Made by a program: the position numbers and the translations under genes. Positions 22,547 to 37,213 of a DNA stretch of 64,000 nt are shown here, piece after piece; positions within the stretch are counted from its first letter, which is position 1, and each line of letters opens with the position of its first letter. The notes below the pieces were generated by a model. The model was given only the letters and a program-made list of their open reading frames with translations. It was not told the DNA's origin and did not search any database. Origin of the DNA: Calcarisporiella thermophila CBS 279.70 (lineage: Eukaryota > Fungi > Calcarisporiellomycota); contig NW_027192204.1 in the NCBI RefSeq assembly GCF_041956535.1, positions 193,696 to 257,695 on the forward strand. Reading direction: 5' to 3'.

Positions 22547-24068
22547 ATGCTCAAGTGCGTCATTCCTCGATTATCCAAGCCCGTACTTGGTGTTGCGGTA
22601 AGTAAAATCACAATTAATCAACGGATTTATCAATACCTGGCGCTCGGTGTATTGGTTTTGGGTCCAATATATAGCTCTATTCATTTGGGTTTGTTTATAA
22701 TTGATTGACATTTAGCCTGTCCTCCGCACCTTCTCTACCACCAAACGTGTACTATCGTCTGATTCCCAGGCCAGTGGGGAGAAATTGAAGATTACGTTAC
22801 ACGATGAGTCCTTCGAGACCTTCAAATGCGAAAAGCCGGCTCTAGACGTTGAGGTTACTCGTGACCAGCTCATTGATATGTACACAAAGATGGTGGAGGT
22901 GCGCCGAATGGAGATGACTGCCGATGCTCTGTACAAGGGCAAAATGATCAGAGGTTTCTGCCATTTATGCACCGGACAAGTAAGTTGTTTTTTTTTTCCT
23001 TTCCTCTTTTTGTTTTCCTTCAATACCTACCAATCGGGACTCCTTCTGTTTATAGGAAGCTGTTGCAGTTGGTATGGAGGCCGCCATAACCCCTGAGGAT
23101 CATGTCATCACTGCTTACCGTTGTCATGGGTTCACTTACGTCCGTGGCCAAAGCATCACCGCCATTCTTGGCGAACTCCTCGGCCGTGAAGTGGGCTGCT
23201 CTAAAGGCAAAGGAGGCTCTATGCATATGTTTGCCAAAAATTTCTACGGTGGAAACGGTATCGTGGGTGCGCAGGTTTGTACTGGTGTTGTCCGCTATTA
23301 GTGTACTGTACTTCGATCTAATACTATGCTCACGTTTAGGTTCCAGTGGGCGCAGGAGTCGCCTTTGCTCAGCAATATCTAGGGCGCAAAAATGTGACAT
23401 TCGCATTGTATGGAGATGGTGCCGCTAACCAAGGTCAAGTATTTGAGGCTTTCAACATGGCAAAACTGTGGAATCTGCCCTCAGTTTTCGTCTGTGAAAA
23501 CAATCGGTATGGTATGGGTACATCTGCCGCCCGTTCCTCAGCAAATACCAAATACTTCACACGCGGTGACTACATCCCGGGTCTCCAGGTTAACGGAATG
23601 GACGTTCTAGCCGTCTATCAAGCATGCAAATACGCGAAGGAGTGGACGGAGTCAGACAAAGGTCCGTTGGTGATGGAGATGGTCACCTACCGCTATGGGT
23701 AAGTTTTTGTTCTCTAGAGATTTCTTTGGACCACTCTCGAATACCAGTATTTCTCCTCAAAAAACAGTGGCCACAGTATGTCGGATCCAGGCACCACCTA
23801 TCGCTCACGCCGTGAGATTGAGCACATGCGCTCCACAAGTGACCCCATCACCGGATTGAAGCAGCGCATCTTTGAGCTTGGATTGGCCACCGAGGCGGAT
23901 CTCAAGGCTATCGACAAAGAGGCCCGCCGGGTCGTCGACGAAGCGGCCGAAGTCGCCAAGAAGTCCCCCGAGCCCGACGTTTCAGAATTATTCACCCAAG
24001 TGTATGCCGCCGGATCCGAGCCTCCATTCCTCCGCGGCCGAGAGCCCGAGGAGATCCATCGCTTTTGA
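22547..24068 (+). CDS. PDA1: Pyruvate dehydrogenase E1 alpha subunit
   Basis: [30 protein letters not shown]|[12 protein letters not shown]; presequence [12 protein letters not shown]. Confidence 0.97.
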
Positions 24069-24365
24069 AAATCTATTTTATAGACTGCAGCTTGAAGGAT
24101 GCCTTCTATAACAATAAATTTTCATTTACTTTCTTCCCAGCCTTAGAGTTTAGAAAACCGCATTCATTTTCTTTATTAAAATAAATTTTCTAAGTATTGT
24201 CACTTTTAAAAATCGAAGAAATGCCATGTGTTTTACTGTCATCAAAAAGGGAAATGAGGGGGGGAGATGTTATGTGTATCATATTTACAGAGAATATATA
24301 AAAATATGTAAAAATGGCAAGTATTTTTAGACTCAAAACAGAAAACTACAGCTAATGCGTTTTGC

Positions 24366-25352
24366 TTATAAGGCGGAGGAATAGCGCCTGTATCTTCTTC
24401 CTCGCATTGTCTGGACCTCGGGCGAGTTCCGGCAGGTTTCCTCCACCTTGAAGTGCCGCTTCATAGCGTCCGTTCTTGAAAACGATTTTTTGCAGCTAGG
24501 GCAGGTGTATGGCTTATCGCCGGTGTGTACACGTACGTGGCGCTGGAGATCGTGTTTGCGGGTAAATGCACGCGGGCACATGGGGCATGAAAAGGGGCGG
24601 GTTGCTTCATGGGTCCGCATATGGGCGCGAAGGTTGTGGAAGCGGGTGAATGTCTTGCCACAATTGGGCATAGGGCAGCGAACCCCTGAAGTAGACGCGG
24701 CCCGCGATCTTCGGCTGTTGTAGTCAGGCGAGAGGTTTGACGGGAGATTGGCGGACATGTCAGCCGAGAGGTCCACGCTGTGGCGCATGCGCTGCATTGG
24801 ATGCGGCACGCTTTCCTCGATGAGGTGAGGAGCCATACTGAATAAGGCCTCTTGACTAGTAGAAGGCGCCATGCTTAACTCATGGAGCGGCACAGGAGAA
24901 GAGGACTCGGGCTGCTTTGGGTGAGAGGTAGGAATGTTTAGGAGGGGCTGCGACGAAGGGGCGGGGGGTTGCATCTCCGTGGGGACGAGCGAACCGAGAT
25001 CCTCGTAGAAAGGAGAGATGTCGAAGGAGAGGAGGCTCTTTTGGTCCGTTGGAGGAATCGAGGTGGGGAATACTGCGGGGGGCATTGCAGAGAAGAGGCC
25101 GGGGGACACGGGGTTAGATTCCAGGAGAAATGTTTCGCTAAACGGTGACCACGAGAGATCTGGAATACCCTCTGTAGTAGAGGCCGAGGGGGAGTCTGAT
25201 ATAGCCGGAGAGGCGCTTTGTCCAAATGGATCGGTAAATTCAACGGTAGTCTCAAGCTCGGGGCAAAGCTTGAATATTTCGGTAAGGGGTGCATCGGGAG
25301 CAAAGAGCGGGAGGGCAGAGAGCATCTCGGGGGTAAAGGTTGAACCAGACAT
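24366..25352 (-). CDS. C2H2 zinc-finger transcription factor, Crz1/CrzA-like fingers, intronless
   Basis: FTRFHNLRAHMRTH, FTRKHDLQRHVRVH, FSRTDAMKRH. S/P-rich N-terminus. First ATG at 25352. Confidence 0.85.
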   Translation of the reverse strand: MSGSTFTPEMLSALPLFAPDAPLTEIFKLCPELETTVEFTDPFGQSASPAISDSPSASTTEGIPDLSWSPFSETFLLESNPVSPGLFSAMPPAVFPTSIPPTDQKSLLSFDISPFYEDLGSLVPTEMQPPAPSSQPLLNIPTSHPKQPESSSPVPLHELSMAPSTSQEALFSMAPHLIEESVPHPMQRMRHSVDLSADMSANLPSNLSPDYNSRRSRAASTSGVRCPMPNCGKTFTRFHNLRAHMRTHEATRPFSCPMCPRAFTRKHDLQRHVRVHTGDKPYTCPSCKKSFSRTDAMKRHFKVEETCRNSPEVQTMRGRRYRRYSSAL

Positions 25353-27225
25353 TATTGAGCTATTACTAAGAGGAAGGGCGCTAAAAGGAGTTGGGAGCAG
25401 GTAATCTTTGTGGATAATTATAGTTTTTTTTAAAGGCAAGAAGGGCTTGATTTTTTTTTTTAAAAAAAAAACTATGAAAGAACGGAAGGAGGAGGGGAAA
25501 TGCGAAAGGTTAAGATATCAAAGATAGAGGGTTTATATAAAGGAACATGTCCCTGATTTTCCGATGGCTCGGTACCTTAAACATATGTTTGACCGCTTCT
25601 ACTTGAACGGAACTAATCCAGTTGAGCGAATTTCAGACAAGTCGAGGACCACAAAACCGAGCCATTCTACTTAGGTCACCGAATGAAACCAGTGTGCAAT
25701 CATTCGCTCCATCTGGGGTTTGATTCAGGCACACCTGAATTTATTCTAAAGTCCTTTCGGTTAATCTTAAAACGATTGCGAGCTCTTAATTGAGCTATAA
25801 GTCGTAGTTTTAACAGCGTTGTCGATTCTTGCAATCCAAGATCTTCTCTCCTCCCTCCCTCCATCGTTGCTTGGCAAAGAGGACTATAGAGGTTGGCATA
25901 TCCAACTGAAAATATCGACAAAATTCAAGCAAGCCAAGTCATTTGGTTTTAGCTAAGGCAAAATAAGCAATCCTCAATTTTTGATAGCGCAAATGAGAAA
26001 CAAAAGTAATTTTAACGTTAACATGGATAAGATTAATTAGGATTAAGAACCTATTAAGTGCTTAGGATTACAAATAGGGAAATCCAGGAGAAGGAGTGTT
26101 AAGAGCTATCTGTTGTTCTATAGTCTCTTGCACGGAGGACGGTGTGTGGAGAGACTTAACTGAATGTCCGACCGAACGCCAAGTCGATTAGTAGAGACAA
26201 ACATTGCACGGCTACTCGTTGTGTTTATTGACTCAAAATTAATTTTTCACCAGTTTTTCTCTTACCGTTATGGAAAGCGCACTGAGGATGATTGGTTTCC
26301 ACGTGTTCTCGAGCTGACCAGGCCGTTGCTCACGAGACAGGGGCAATCGAGAGATTTTCTCCTGATTATCAGCTTGTTAAGATTGGAACGCAAGAGGAAG
26401 GAGTGTGAGAAAAAAATGCGCTTTGGTGGAGGCTTTGTGTGCTTTGCAGAGTTAAGAGTGATTTATCTTAGAGATTACCCCCTTTGGAAGGGTCCAGAGA
26501 GTGTCTAAGACCTCTCGCATCGGGGGGGGGGACATCCTTTGCTTCCTTCTGGCCTTCTTCGGGTTAATGTTTGATAATGCCGGTGGAGCTCTCTATTTGT
26601 TCCGTGGAGGATCATCCCTGAATTCCCACCCCTCGGTTAATTTTACACATTAACTGCAGTTAACAAGAGCACAGTAACGACGGAGATTCTTATTATGGTG
26701 TGAAGGCGCTGACAGCATTTGTCAGCCGTGGATCTAGAAGGGACGAGTACCCTTACAATCCCTGTCCAAAATGATAACTCCAGACTCCCTGTCCCTGCTG
26801 ACGTTTTTTGGGCTCACTGTACCTTCGGTTGCAATATTTACCTGGCCTCTCAATATACTGTATTTTTCTAATGTCCCTATCACAACACTCGGGCCAAATA
26901 TCATTCCACCCCTAGCACACGAGTAAATCCTCGATATACTGTCTCTTTGGCCACAAGCGCATGATAGGATCATATCATGAGAAATACCACATTGTATCGT
27001 GGGAATAAGGGCCAATAAATTTTTATTAGCATGGGCTGCAGAAATTCCCCTATGGACCATATTCGCTAACATTGGGACGCCACTCTGGCCTATCTACAGA
27101 CATATCTCGCCGAGAAAGAATTCTTGGGATATTTCGGCGTCTTTTTGCCACCAGGATAAATAGAAATTTTAAGAACACGCCTTTACAATGCACTAGAGTT
27201 GAAATTATAATTCAATAAGCCCAGA

Positions 27226-30200
27226 ATGCCAGTAGCTCAAGACGCGTTTACAACTGTGAAAATTGCCCCCCCTTCACCCAATGTCAAACAAGCTGCCCCC
27301 TTATCTGTTCATTTGGACACGTCAAAAGTGCGGGAGAAGGAAGACTTGACAAAGGTTGAAGCATTGCAACGTGCCACAAACTATCTCGCTGCCGCAATGA
27401 TATTCCTTCAAAACAACTACTTGCTCGAGCGCCCCTTAAAAAAGGACGATATTAAGCAGAGGCTTTTGGGTCATTGGGGTAAGTCAAGCAACATGGTCAT
27501 AAATGGGAATGTCATAGTGGGGAGAAATCATTTATATTGGTCCATTAGGAACTTGCCCTGGCATCAACCTAATATACGCTCACTGTAACCACCTTATCAA
27601 AAAATATAATGTGGATATGTTTCTGGTGACAGGTATCTACCGAAGCAGCATGCTTTTATAATTATCTATTTCGAGCACTTGTCATAATTTCACCTCTTTC
27701 TTTATTGCGCTAGGACCTGGTCATGGCGCTCCTGCTAACTTAGCCAACCTCTACCTAGAGGGTAGTCTTTCTAAGTTTTATCCCCAGTATAGTTTTGGAG
27801 CAGAAGGACTCGGGAATTTAGTTAAATACTTCTCGTGGCCTGGAGGATTTCCAAGGTAACTGAAGAATTTGTCAAAAGGCTCTAGGACAATTGCTTAGGA
27901 TGGATTTGACGTGAAATTCTCATGATCTACACGTGTCTTAGCCATACCAATTCGGAAGTCCCAGGGCAAATTCATGAGGGGGGTGAATTGGGTTATGCGC
28001 TTGCAGTGAGTTTTGGTGCTGTGATGGATAATCCCGACCTTATTGTCACATGTATTGTTGGGGGTAATATCCATATTATCCGCTTTGATTATTGATGATT
28101 TCAAACATTCATTATGTCCATTTTTTAAGACGGAGAAGCCGAAACCGGACCCACCGCCACGGCATGGCACAGTTATAAGTTTATAGATCCGAGAGAATCT
28201 GGAGCGGTCCTCCCTATTCTCCATCTTAATGGCTTCAAAATCTCTGAATCGACCATATTCGGGTGTATGGATGACGACGAATTGGTCGCCCTCTTTTCTG
28301 GTTACGGTTATAGTGTACGAATCGTGGAGGACTTAGATGATATTAACGTGGACATGTGGGCATCTCTCGAATGGGCATATAATGAGATTCGTCGAATCCA
28401 AAAGGCAGCTCGCGAGGATAATCAGCCAATTTTGAAGCCTAGGTGGCCGATGTTAATACTCAAAACGCCTAAAGGGTGGACAGGACCCAAAGAACTTGAT
28501 GGAAAACAGATTGAAGGGACTTTTCGTGCTCACCAGGTTCCGTTACCCAAGCCTAATCAAGATGAGGGGCAATTGAAGCTATTGCAGGAATGGCTCGAGG
28601 GGTATCAAATAAAGGAGCTCTTCAACATGGACGACTATACACCTAAAAAAATTCTGCTCGATGCTTTTCCTGCGAACCCAGAACTTCGTATGGGCCAACG
28701 AAAAGAAACCTATGCCGGCTACAGACCATTGGACCTAGCAGAGTGGAAGGAGTTCTCCACTACGGACGAGTTAGCTAGTTGCATGCTCCAGACTGGCAAA
28801 TATCTTGCAGACGTGATTAAACGGTAATAACCTACTTAGTAAGAACTCAAATAAGATAGGATAATCGCCCGATTTATTTTCTCTCTCTCAGAAACCAAAC
28901 GCGATTCCGTGTCTTTTCCCCAGATGAGGCCGAGTCCAACAAATTAAATGATATTTTCAATGTAACCGGGCGCAATTTTCAATGGGATCCAGAGACTGCA
29001 AATAGAGGAGGACGAGTTCTAGAGGTTCTCTCTGAACACTGTTGCCAGGGTAGGCTAATTTTAACATTATCCCATTTTAAGATCATGGCTAATTTATTTG
29101 TATTCATAGGCTGGCTGCAGGGATATACGCTAACAGGAAGAGTTGGAATCTTTCCAAGCTATGAGTCTTTCTTAGGAATTATAGCTAGTATGATGATTCA
29201 ATATGCCAAGTTTATCAAACTTGCTTCAGAGACCAAGGTATATTACATTTTCAGATGGTATATGAACGAGCAGGCTTTTTTTGTTCGATAGCTCAATCTG
29301 TTTTCAAATAATATAGTGGCGCCAACCAGTCGCAAGTATAAACTTACTTCAAACCTCCACATTATGGCGCCAAGAGCATAATGGGTTCTCACACCAGGCG
29401 CCATCGCTTCTCAATGTCTTGATTAACATGAAGATGAATATAGTGCGAGTTTATTTTCCACCGGTAAGCAAACGATGCTAGACCCCAATTTTACTTGTAT
29501 TGACTTAGAAAATTTGTTAGGATGCAAACTGTTTTACTTGCACAATCAGTCATTGCCTACGCTCCAAGAATTATATCAACCTTCTTGTAGGCAGTAAAAA
29601 CCCTACTTGGACTTGGTTGCGACCAGATGAGGCTGAAAAGCACTGCATCGCAGGGGCAAGTGTATGGAAATTCTGCTCAGTAGACGAAGGGAGGGATCCG
29701 GATGTCATATTAGTTGGATGTGGAGTGGAAACTACCAGCGAGGTGATAGCAGCTGCTTCAATGCTTCGCAAAGATGTTCCAAATTTACGTGTGCGTGTTG
29801 TTAATGTAACTGGTGAGTTGATGTCGCATGGCGTTTTTCATACTCTTATTCACCTATATATTTTGCCAATGCAGATCTCATGATACTTGCAAAGGAAGGT
29901 GGACACCCGCATGCACTTTCTTCTGAAGCTTTCTGCGCACTCTTTACAGACGACAAACCTATAGTATTCAATTTCCATGGATATCCTTCGGCCATCAAAC
30001 AATTAGTTTTCGATCGCCCAGGGGTGCAAGAGCGATTGGTGGTGGTGAGTTTTGCAAGTCTTCTCAAGATAGAGTTGCTAGATCTTGTCTAATTCATTAT
30101 CGATAGCACGGTTACGAAGAGGAAGGGTCGACTACTACACCCTTCAAGATGCTCGTTGCCAATAGTGCTTCACGGTATCACATCTGCATAGACGCTATTC

Positions 30201-30349
30201 GCAAGGTTATGGTGACACATCCAGATATTGCTCTAGAAGGGCACACTCTTATCACCGGATACCAGCATGCTATTCGTAAACATGACGAATACATTCGACG
30301 GTATGGTAAAGACCCGGAGTACCTCTCCCAGAAACCTAGATTTGAATGA
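27226..30349 (+). CDS. XFP: Xylulose-5-P/fructose-6-P phosphoketolase
   Basis: RLLGHWG|[67 protein letters not shown]. Confidence 0.96.
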
Positions 30350-30512
30350 AAATTTAGCCTATATGTCAAAAGGCAATTTGCATCCTTGTCATAGTATTGC
30401 ATGTAACGAAAATTCGTAACTTTATATACAAAAAAAAAAACTCCATTATCATTAATGATGGTATCAATAAAATACATCATTTTTGTAATAGTTTGTGATC
30501 ACATTGCGAGAA

Positions 30513-33500
30513 TTATTGGTTGCATTTTCGAAAATTTCGCCATTTTAGCTCTGGTTCATCCATCTTCGGAAGTGTGCGTAGATCGAACAAATGCCGCATC
30601 GTAGGCCGGCCGTGCGGGCAATTCCAAGGCTGGTCAATCTCACCCATATGCCCAACAATCTTGCAAAAATGAGTTCATTAACATACAAAAAGAATACCAT
30701 GAAGCATATAAACGCACCTTTTTCATCTCCCGTAGACTCAAAGCGTCTCCAATCATAACTGATTTTCGGCATGCACGAGACGCAAAGGCTGCTCTCAACT
30801 TGGAAGGTCGTACCATATGTCGAGAAGGGTGTTCATTAAGTAGCCAGATAAGCTCTTCCAAGTCTAAATACGATAAACACGTTAAATAATCAAATGAAGT
30901 AGAGCATTTATATATATTAACCTTCAACGCCGAATGTCATGGATTTGTTTACCGGGACGGATAGTAGCTGTAGTTTCCGAGTTGGTGGTGCATCATCATC
31001 TATTATTATCTCAAAACCATTTTTACGCAAAATATCCAAATTATCCATGGCAATGAGCTCTTGCTCTGCAGTTAGCTCTAAAACGCGCTTTCGGATTAAT
31101 TTTTGCGATTTGATCACTGAATTCTCTTGCAGTAGTTCGAAATTGTATTTCTCGTCAGAAGCATGTTGATCAATGATATATAAGTCACCATCATATTGAC
31201 AGCCGGATTGCGGCTTACCGCTCAATTGCGATGTGTTAAGCCGAGTGATGATAAATCCATAGTTGAATTGCCCAATAACAGTCATAGATGAAAAGTCACT
31301 TTTGGTGAGCACTCTGTTTAGCTCATTTTCCGCGACGTCTTGAGATGCATTTAGCCCTGCTGCAATAGGCTTTTGGCTTAATGCTCCATGGCTCTTCTGG
31401 TTAAAATTCAAATACTTTTGCCGTTGCAACTGTTCAAAGTGTTTACGAGTTGAGTCAATATCAAAAACTAGCGTACTTGGGGTTTGCCCATCCTCATGGT
31501 TACGCAAGTTTTCTAGCGAGGGTGTTGCAACATCTCGAGGTATTGTACTCAAAGTATCAACCGTTTCGGCTTCTATTTCACTATTTGCATCCCGAATTGT
31601 AGAAGCGAATTTATGATTCACTTCTTCAGGTGATTTAGTCATTCGAGCAGTTTGTGTTGTAACCCATTGCTGAAGTGTAGGCTGAAGTGTAGTCGATGTT
31701 TCAATGGAGGATTTGTTGTTTAAATTTGCTTCCACCTTACTAACTTGCTCTTCAAAAGCAAAGGCTCTCTGCAAGTGGTTCACATTAGATGTACTCATTG
31801 AAAGCGAAGCAGGGGAAGCAGAGGGTAAATATATCGATGTCTTCGAAGGGCAGGATTCACCGTTTCTCTCCTCAACTTTTTCATTTACAGCAATATCGCT
31901 CGAAGTTTCCTCATCGATAACCACACTGCCCTTATTTGGAGAGCCTGAGTAAATAGAGGGATCGGTGGCTGATATTATGGGAGTCACCTGTGAAGCGAGA
32001 GGCGAAGTTCTTACTGTTTCCCCTTGCGTGGATGGGGAGCTATCATTGCGCCCAGGTTTTTGCACATTACTAGAGATAGGAGGAGATACATTCTCACTGA
32101 ATTCCAAGGGGGGGATTTGAACAGCAAAAGTGCGACGAAAAGGCTCAAAGAGCGATGTCAGTTGTTCTCGAATTTTCTCCATTGCAGTCTGCTCGTTGTG
32201 TAGTAAGACCACACGCTTATCAGGGGTCACATTGATATCATAACACCCTAGAAAAAAAACTATTAATATAAATTGGATAGTATCAAAAGATCGTACATAC
32301 AAGTTGGCATCTGAAAATCTGCAATAACAAATGGGTATTGACTATTATTAAAACTGCGATAAACTTCATTAAGAAGTTTTACGATCTAATATTTAGTAAA
32401 TTAAATTGGAGAATTAAACTGGTCATAAATGTCAAGGAAACTTTTACTTTGGGTAATGTACAGGGTCTTCCATTGACGAAATAATACTGTCTATCGGCAC
32501 TGCTTCTTCCACACGCTTGAAGAGGCTTCGAAACAAGCCCAACTACTCGTATTGAATAATTGCTTGAATAGAAAATATAGAAGATATAAAAGATATATAT
32601 GGCTAGATGTGTGGATCTGTTAGAATTAATCAACTTACTTATATTCTGCATCTTCAAGTTTTCTGGTTTCTTCCCTAGTTTCTGCAGTTCTACTAGAACA
32701 GGGAATATTTATTTCAACGTCTAGCTCTGTTAAGCTTTGTAGTTGTTTGGCACCAAATATATTCGCTACATTTTCACGGAGCAATTTGTTGCCATTTGTT
32801 GATATAATTTTGGATCTATCGTTGCTAATTACGTACACACGAATTAGAAGAGTTATCACACTATCGATGCTTCTAAATTATATAATTGTAACAAAATACT
32901 TCACCTCTTGCCGGAAATGGAAGAAGACTGTGTTGAACACATAAAGCGAACATTGCATGATATAAGAGCATAGGCTTGTATCAGATACACACTTTTACCG
33001 AATTCGCGCTTAATATTACGTTTGAATTCCCTATGTCGCACTGGTAATGATTCAAATATTCTTTTCAGCTGAATAGTTGTCCCTTGCTATTGGTATTAAC
33101 AATTGGATCATTAAATAATGAAAAAATCTCTTTAGCAAAGAAATCCAATACTTCTCTCGCGACGGGTGACGATTCCACAAGTCGTCCAGAGGTATCGTAT
33201 TCTAATCGTACCCCACAAGGCGCCTGCTTATTAGTGCAAGTTAAAACTGTAAGCTGCCCTAGAGCACAGAGAGAACTCAATGCTTCTCCTCGAAATCCAA
33301 ATGTATTAATGTGTGCGAGATCTTCAAAGGAGGTTATCTTAGAAGTATGATGCTTAAGAGCTATAAAGCAAATTTTAGTACTTCTATAGTATATTATAAA
33401 TATTAATAGATACCTAATGTTTCATAATCCTGAGGATCAATGCCAGAGCCATTATCAGAGACCTCAACGGAATCAATTCCATGCTCCTTGAATTTTATCT

Positions 33501-33687
33501 CTGCAATATGTTCGTTAGTTATGAAAAAAAAAAACGCGTCTCGCAAACGCTTACCTATGACAGTTGCACCCGCGTCTAAACTATTTTCCACAAGTTCCTT
33601 AACTGCAGTTGCGAGATCTAAAATAACCTGTCCAGAGCAAATGCGATGGACTGTTGAATTATCAATAGCCTTTATCCGTGCAGTCAT
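30513..33687 (-). CDS. PMS1: MutL-alpha endonuclease subunit (yeast Pms1 / human PMS2)
   Basis: [60 protein letters not shown]. Confidence 0.96.
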
Positions 33688-34016
33688 GTATCAGACTAAT
33701 TGACTATAAAGTCTATCGATAATTTTAAAAATTAATATCTTACTCTAGAAACTATTACTGCGCCTCATTCACAATATGACTATTACAATTACATAAAAAA
33801 TAAGGTGATTACATTTGGTTTAATAGTTTTAAAAAATATCAATACATATTGTACAGTATCATATTCGGCCTTTTTACCTATAAAAAAATTATTGAGAGAA
33901 ACGGAATAGTGAGAAGCTTTATTCTCGGGTTAAAATTAAAAATCAGAATAATGTATTCCGTAAAAAAATATACTTATGTACTATATGCCTAAAACATTTT
34001 TCTTTTGATTCAAGGT

Positions 34017-35609
34017 TTAAGAGAAAAGCAGGTCAGCAGCCATATCAACATTTCCACCAGTAACATCTAAAGCATTTATGGCTTCTTCACGTGAGACACC
34101 AAATTCCATTAATTTACGAATGCTTTCCTCTGGATATCTAGAAGTTGTAAGTGATGCTGCACCCTGCGCTTGAGTCGGTAAATTCGGCAGTGATGAAGAA
34201 GTAGCAGATGAGGAAGTAGTGGTAGATTCGGTTGTAATAGCTGGAGTTTTGCCAGACATTTCTTCACCCATCCACTCAGCTCGCGCCTCTTCAGGAAGTT
34301 CGTGTTCAGAAAGAAAAGGAATTTCCTCATCATTTATAACAAGAGCATTTCGCTTTAAGTCGATGCAAGCCTGATGCCTCTTTAGCATATCCAGGCCAAA
34401 CAGAAGATCAACACCTTTACCCTGGAATAAAAAAATAAAAAATTACCAATTTTCCAATAAATAATGGGTGTGAGAATCAATATTTAAACATGCTGTATCA
34501 CCTCCATGATTGTAAAAGCACATGCGAGATATTGGGACTTTCCAACACGAATATGGGCGCTGTGAACGCGGCCGAGAATTTTTGCAGTACCCACGCCCCG
34601 TGCAATCCCACTAAATCGTGTATCAACGAGCCTCATAATATTGCATTTCTCTGCACATTCGGGGCTCACTGTACACAGAAAATTAATATTTTTTAGACTG
34701 CTAAATTTTAATAGTCATACTCACTTATGGTCATTTGGGCACCAGAGTCTACAAAGGCCTTGACCGGGTGTCCATTTACTTGGCAATTGATATACAACAT
34801 TGTTACCTAATTAATCAAATAAAAAATATATTAACTTATCTATAATATATATTCAAAAAAACAGAATACCTACTCGGCCAAAAAATTCTGGATTATATTC
34901 CATTGCGGTATTAAGATTCTCCATTATATTATTCATACGGATTTCCTCCTCTATCCGTCGTTGCATCTCAATACTGAATGGGTCATTGTCATTAAATGAT
35001 TGGACCTCTTGTTCACGCTGTTGGCGTGCCATATTTTCAATTGTCTGTACAAATCTTTGTGGGTCGCGAAGTGCTGTTTGTGCTAATTCGGGATTAGTCT
35101 TTATAAAAGATAAAATTATTTTTTTTTAATTATCAATACAATGGATTGTGCCATATATCATCTTACTTGTGCTAAGTGCTGAAGTAGCCGAGGATTTCCT
35201 AATATATGGCGCCGTACCGCCTCATCAGCACCCGGATTTCTAATAAACAAAAAAACACTATAAGTATATTTACTAAAAAATATAATTAGCTGAGTATTAC
35301 AACCTTGATTGTGAGTTATTGGTCTGCTGGCGTAATTTTAATAGAAGAATATCATCTTGCACAACTCCAACTTGTTGAAGTGTCACCTTTGCTTCATTGA
35401 GTTCGCGTCCATTGTGCAATATGATTTGATTTTCGGAGGAAACTCCAAACTATTATGAATGAGAATTATACACAATTCATTTATTAAGCATATATGCAAA
35501 GATGACTCACTTCTGCTTCAATAAGTGCTTTTATATTCTCAAGTTCCATACCGGAATCAACTTCCAGATTCCGGCAATCGCCATCTTCGGTTGCAATTGA
35601 GATTCGCAT
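34017..35609 (-). CDS. DDI1: DNA damage-inducible protein 1 (UBL, retroviral-like protease, UBA)
   Basis: N-terminal UBL ([10 protein letters not shown]...), [41 protein letters not shown]-terminal UBA. Confidence 0.95.
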
Positions 35610-35681
35610 GTTGAATTATATATTGTAACTTATTAATTCAAATGAGGGATAAGGGTATTATATAAAAAGGACACGTCACCT

Positions 35682-35692
35682 TTTTGGCCACC
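35682..35692 (-). promoter_or_regulatory. PACE/Rpn4-like element upstream of DDI1
   Basis: GGTGGCCAAAA about 75 bp upstream of the ATG, next to TGACGTGTC and a TATA-like run. The yeast PACE consensus is GGTGGCAAA. Confidence 0.4.
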
Positions 35693-35796
35693 AGATTATG
35701 CACAAAATAGAATCACATAAATTATTAAAATAAAAAATATACTGTACATGAAGGCAAAATAACGTAGTAGAAAAAAAGGCAAGTTTTATAAATGGG

Positions 35797-37213
35797 CTAT
35801 TCAGGATCTGCGTGTTTTCTTTTGATTTTGATAGTAAATCCCTCTAAAGGATTTTTATTGGGAACTTGTTGATTTTGTGATGTTCTTCTCTGCTTGAAAT
35901 TTGTCTTCAAAAAAGGATCCGTTTTGACACGAGTATTTACCGTGACTAATTCACTTAGCTGACTCACAGCTGCTTTCTTTTGAAGCATAGTTTGTTCAGC
36001 TATGCTTCCTAACTCCAGTTGATGCTCTTTACTTTCATTCCTTGTATTGGAGTCAAATAGACTTGACACAGCGGCTTCTCGTTTACGCTTATTAATTTTA
36101 TCAAGCGCGTGATCTATTTTAGAAAAGAAGATTGAATAATCTCTATATGAAATATTTATTTAGCAAAAACATTCACCATGAAACTGTGTTGATTTGGCTT
36201 CTAGTTCATCTAGGGCAGTTTCTGGAAGAATTGGTATTGCGAGCGAGTTTTTCTGTTGAATTTTTTCCGCTTCCCGGTTTTTAGCTTGTATAATTTTTTT
36301 CTCCTCCTAGATATTATTAAAAGTGAATAATAAGGTAAATGAGAGCAAAATGAAGCTATAATTACACGGAATATCTTTCGTAAACGTTTTGAACACGTAT
36401 ATGGATCTGCCCAATCTCTCTCATTTGCTTTTTGCAGCCGAGATAAGAATGGTAGAGATTCCTTTGATTTCGCCTCATCATTAATAGAGTGTTCAAGACG
36501 ATAGAATGCGTCTTCTTCCAATCTTTTAGATTCTTTCTCATCTATTTTTAAAAATGATTGAAATACGTGAGACATACAATGAATCCAACATACAAGAGTA
36601 TAGATAGTATTACCTTTCAGCTCTATTGTCTCATTTTCAGCAGCACTCCACTCTTCATTTTTACGTCGAGCTCCGGATACAACCAAATACTCGGCATTTT
36701 TTGGATCAGTATGGATCTCGAACCAATTATCGCACAAGTGACATTTCATACGAAAACTAAGAATTGGTGTACTATAATAATTGCCAATCTTTTTCTTTTC
36801 AGCATTGTAACGCACTCCTAAACCCGAAAAAGAATTAAATTTTATGAGACTATAAATCTGACAGTATAAATGAATCTGATCTTACCTCGTCCAATATGAT
36901 TTCCACATCCATTACACCAAATATTAAAAGGAAGTTCAAATCTATAATGAAGAGAAATTCATTAGCAGATGGCCAGAGCAACTATGGGTCTAAGGTATAT
37001 ATATAGGGGCTTAAAGTTTACCTAATAATCAGAATACCTTGATCAATTTTTCGTGCTCTTTCTCGTAGAGGATGTTGTCCAACATATTTGTTTAATGAAC
37101 CCTAAGAAAAGTTAATGTTAACTACGGCGATTCTGAAAATTAAGATAAATTTCACGTACTTTGTGATCCCAATCAGGAGGTATATACTTGTTTGTTGCAC
37201 GTCTTTCTGCCAT
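35797..37213 (-). CDS. CWC16/YJU2B (CCDC130) splicing-associated protein
   Basis: MAERRATNKYIPPDWD, RFELPFNIWCNGC, RYNAEKKKIGNYYSTPI, CHLC, TDPKNAEY. Confidence 0.92.

Noticed and set aside
26164-27072. ORFs of 112-114 aa in the TF/XFP intergenic region
   Set aside because: They have no motifs and are most likely promoter sequence.
27226-30349. Recent bacterial transfer of phosphoketolase
   Set aside because: The gene has many spliceosomal introns and host-like composition, and the family is widespread in fungi.
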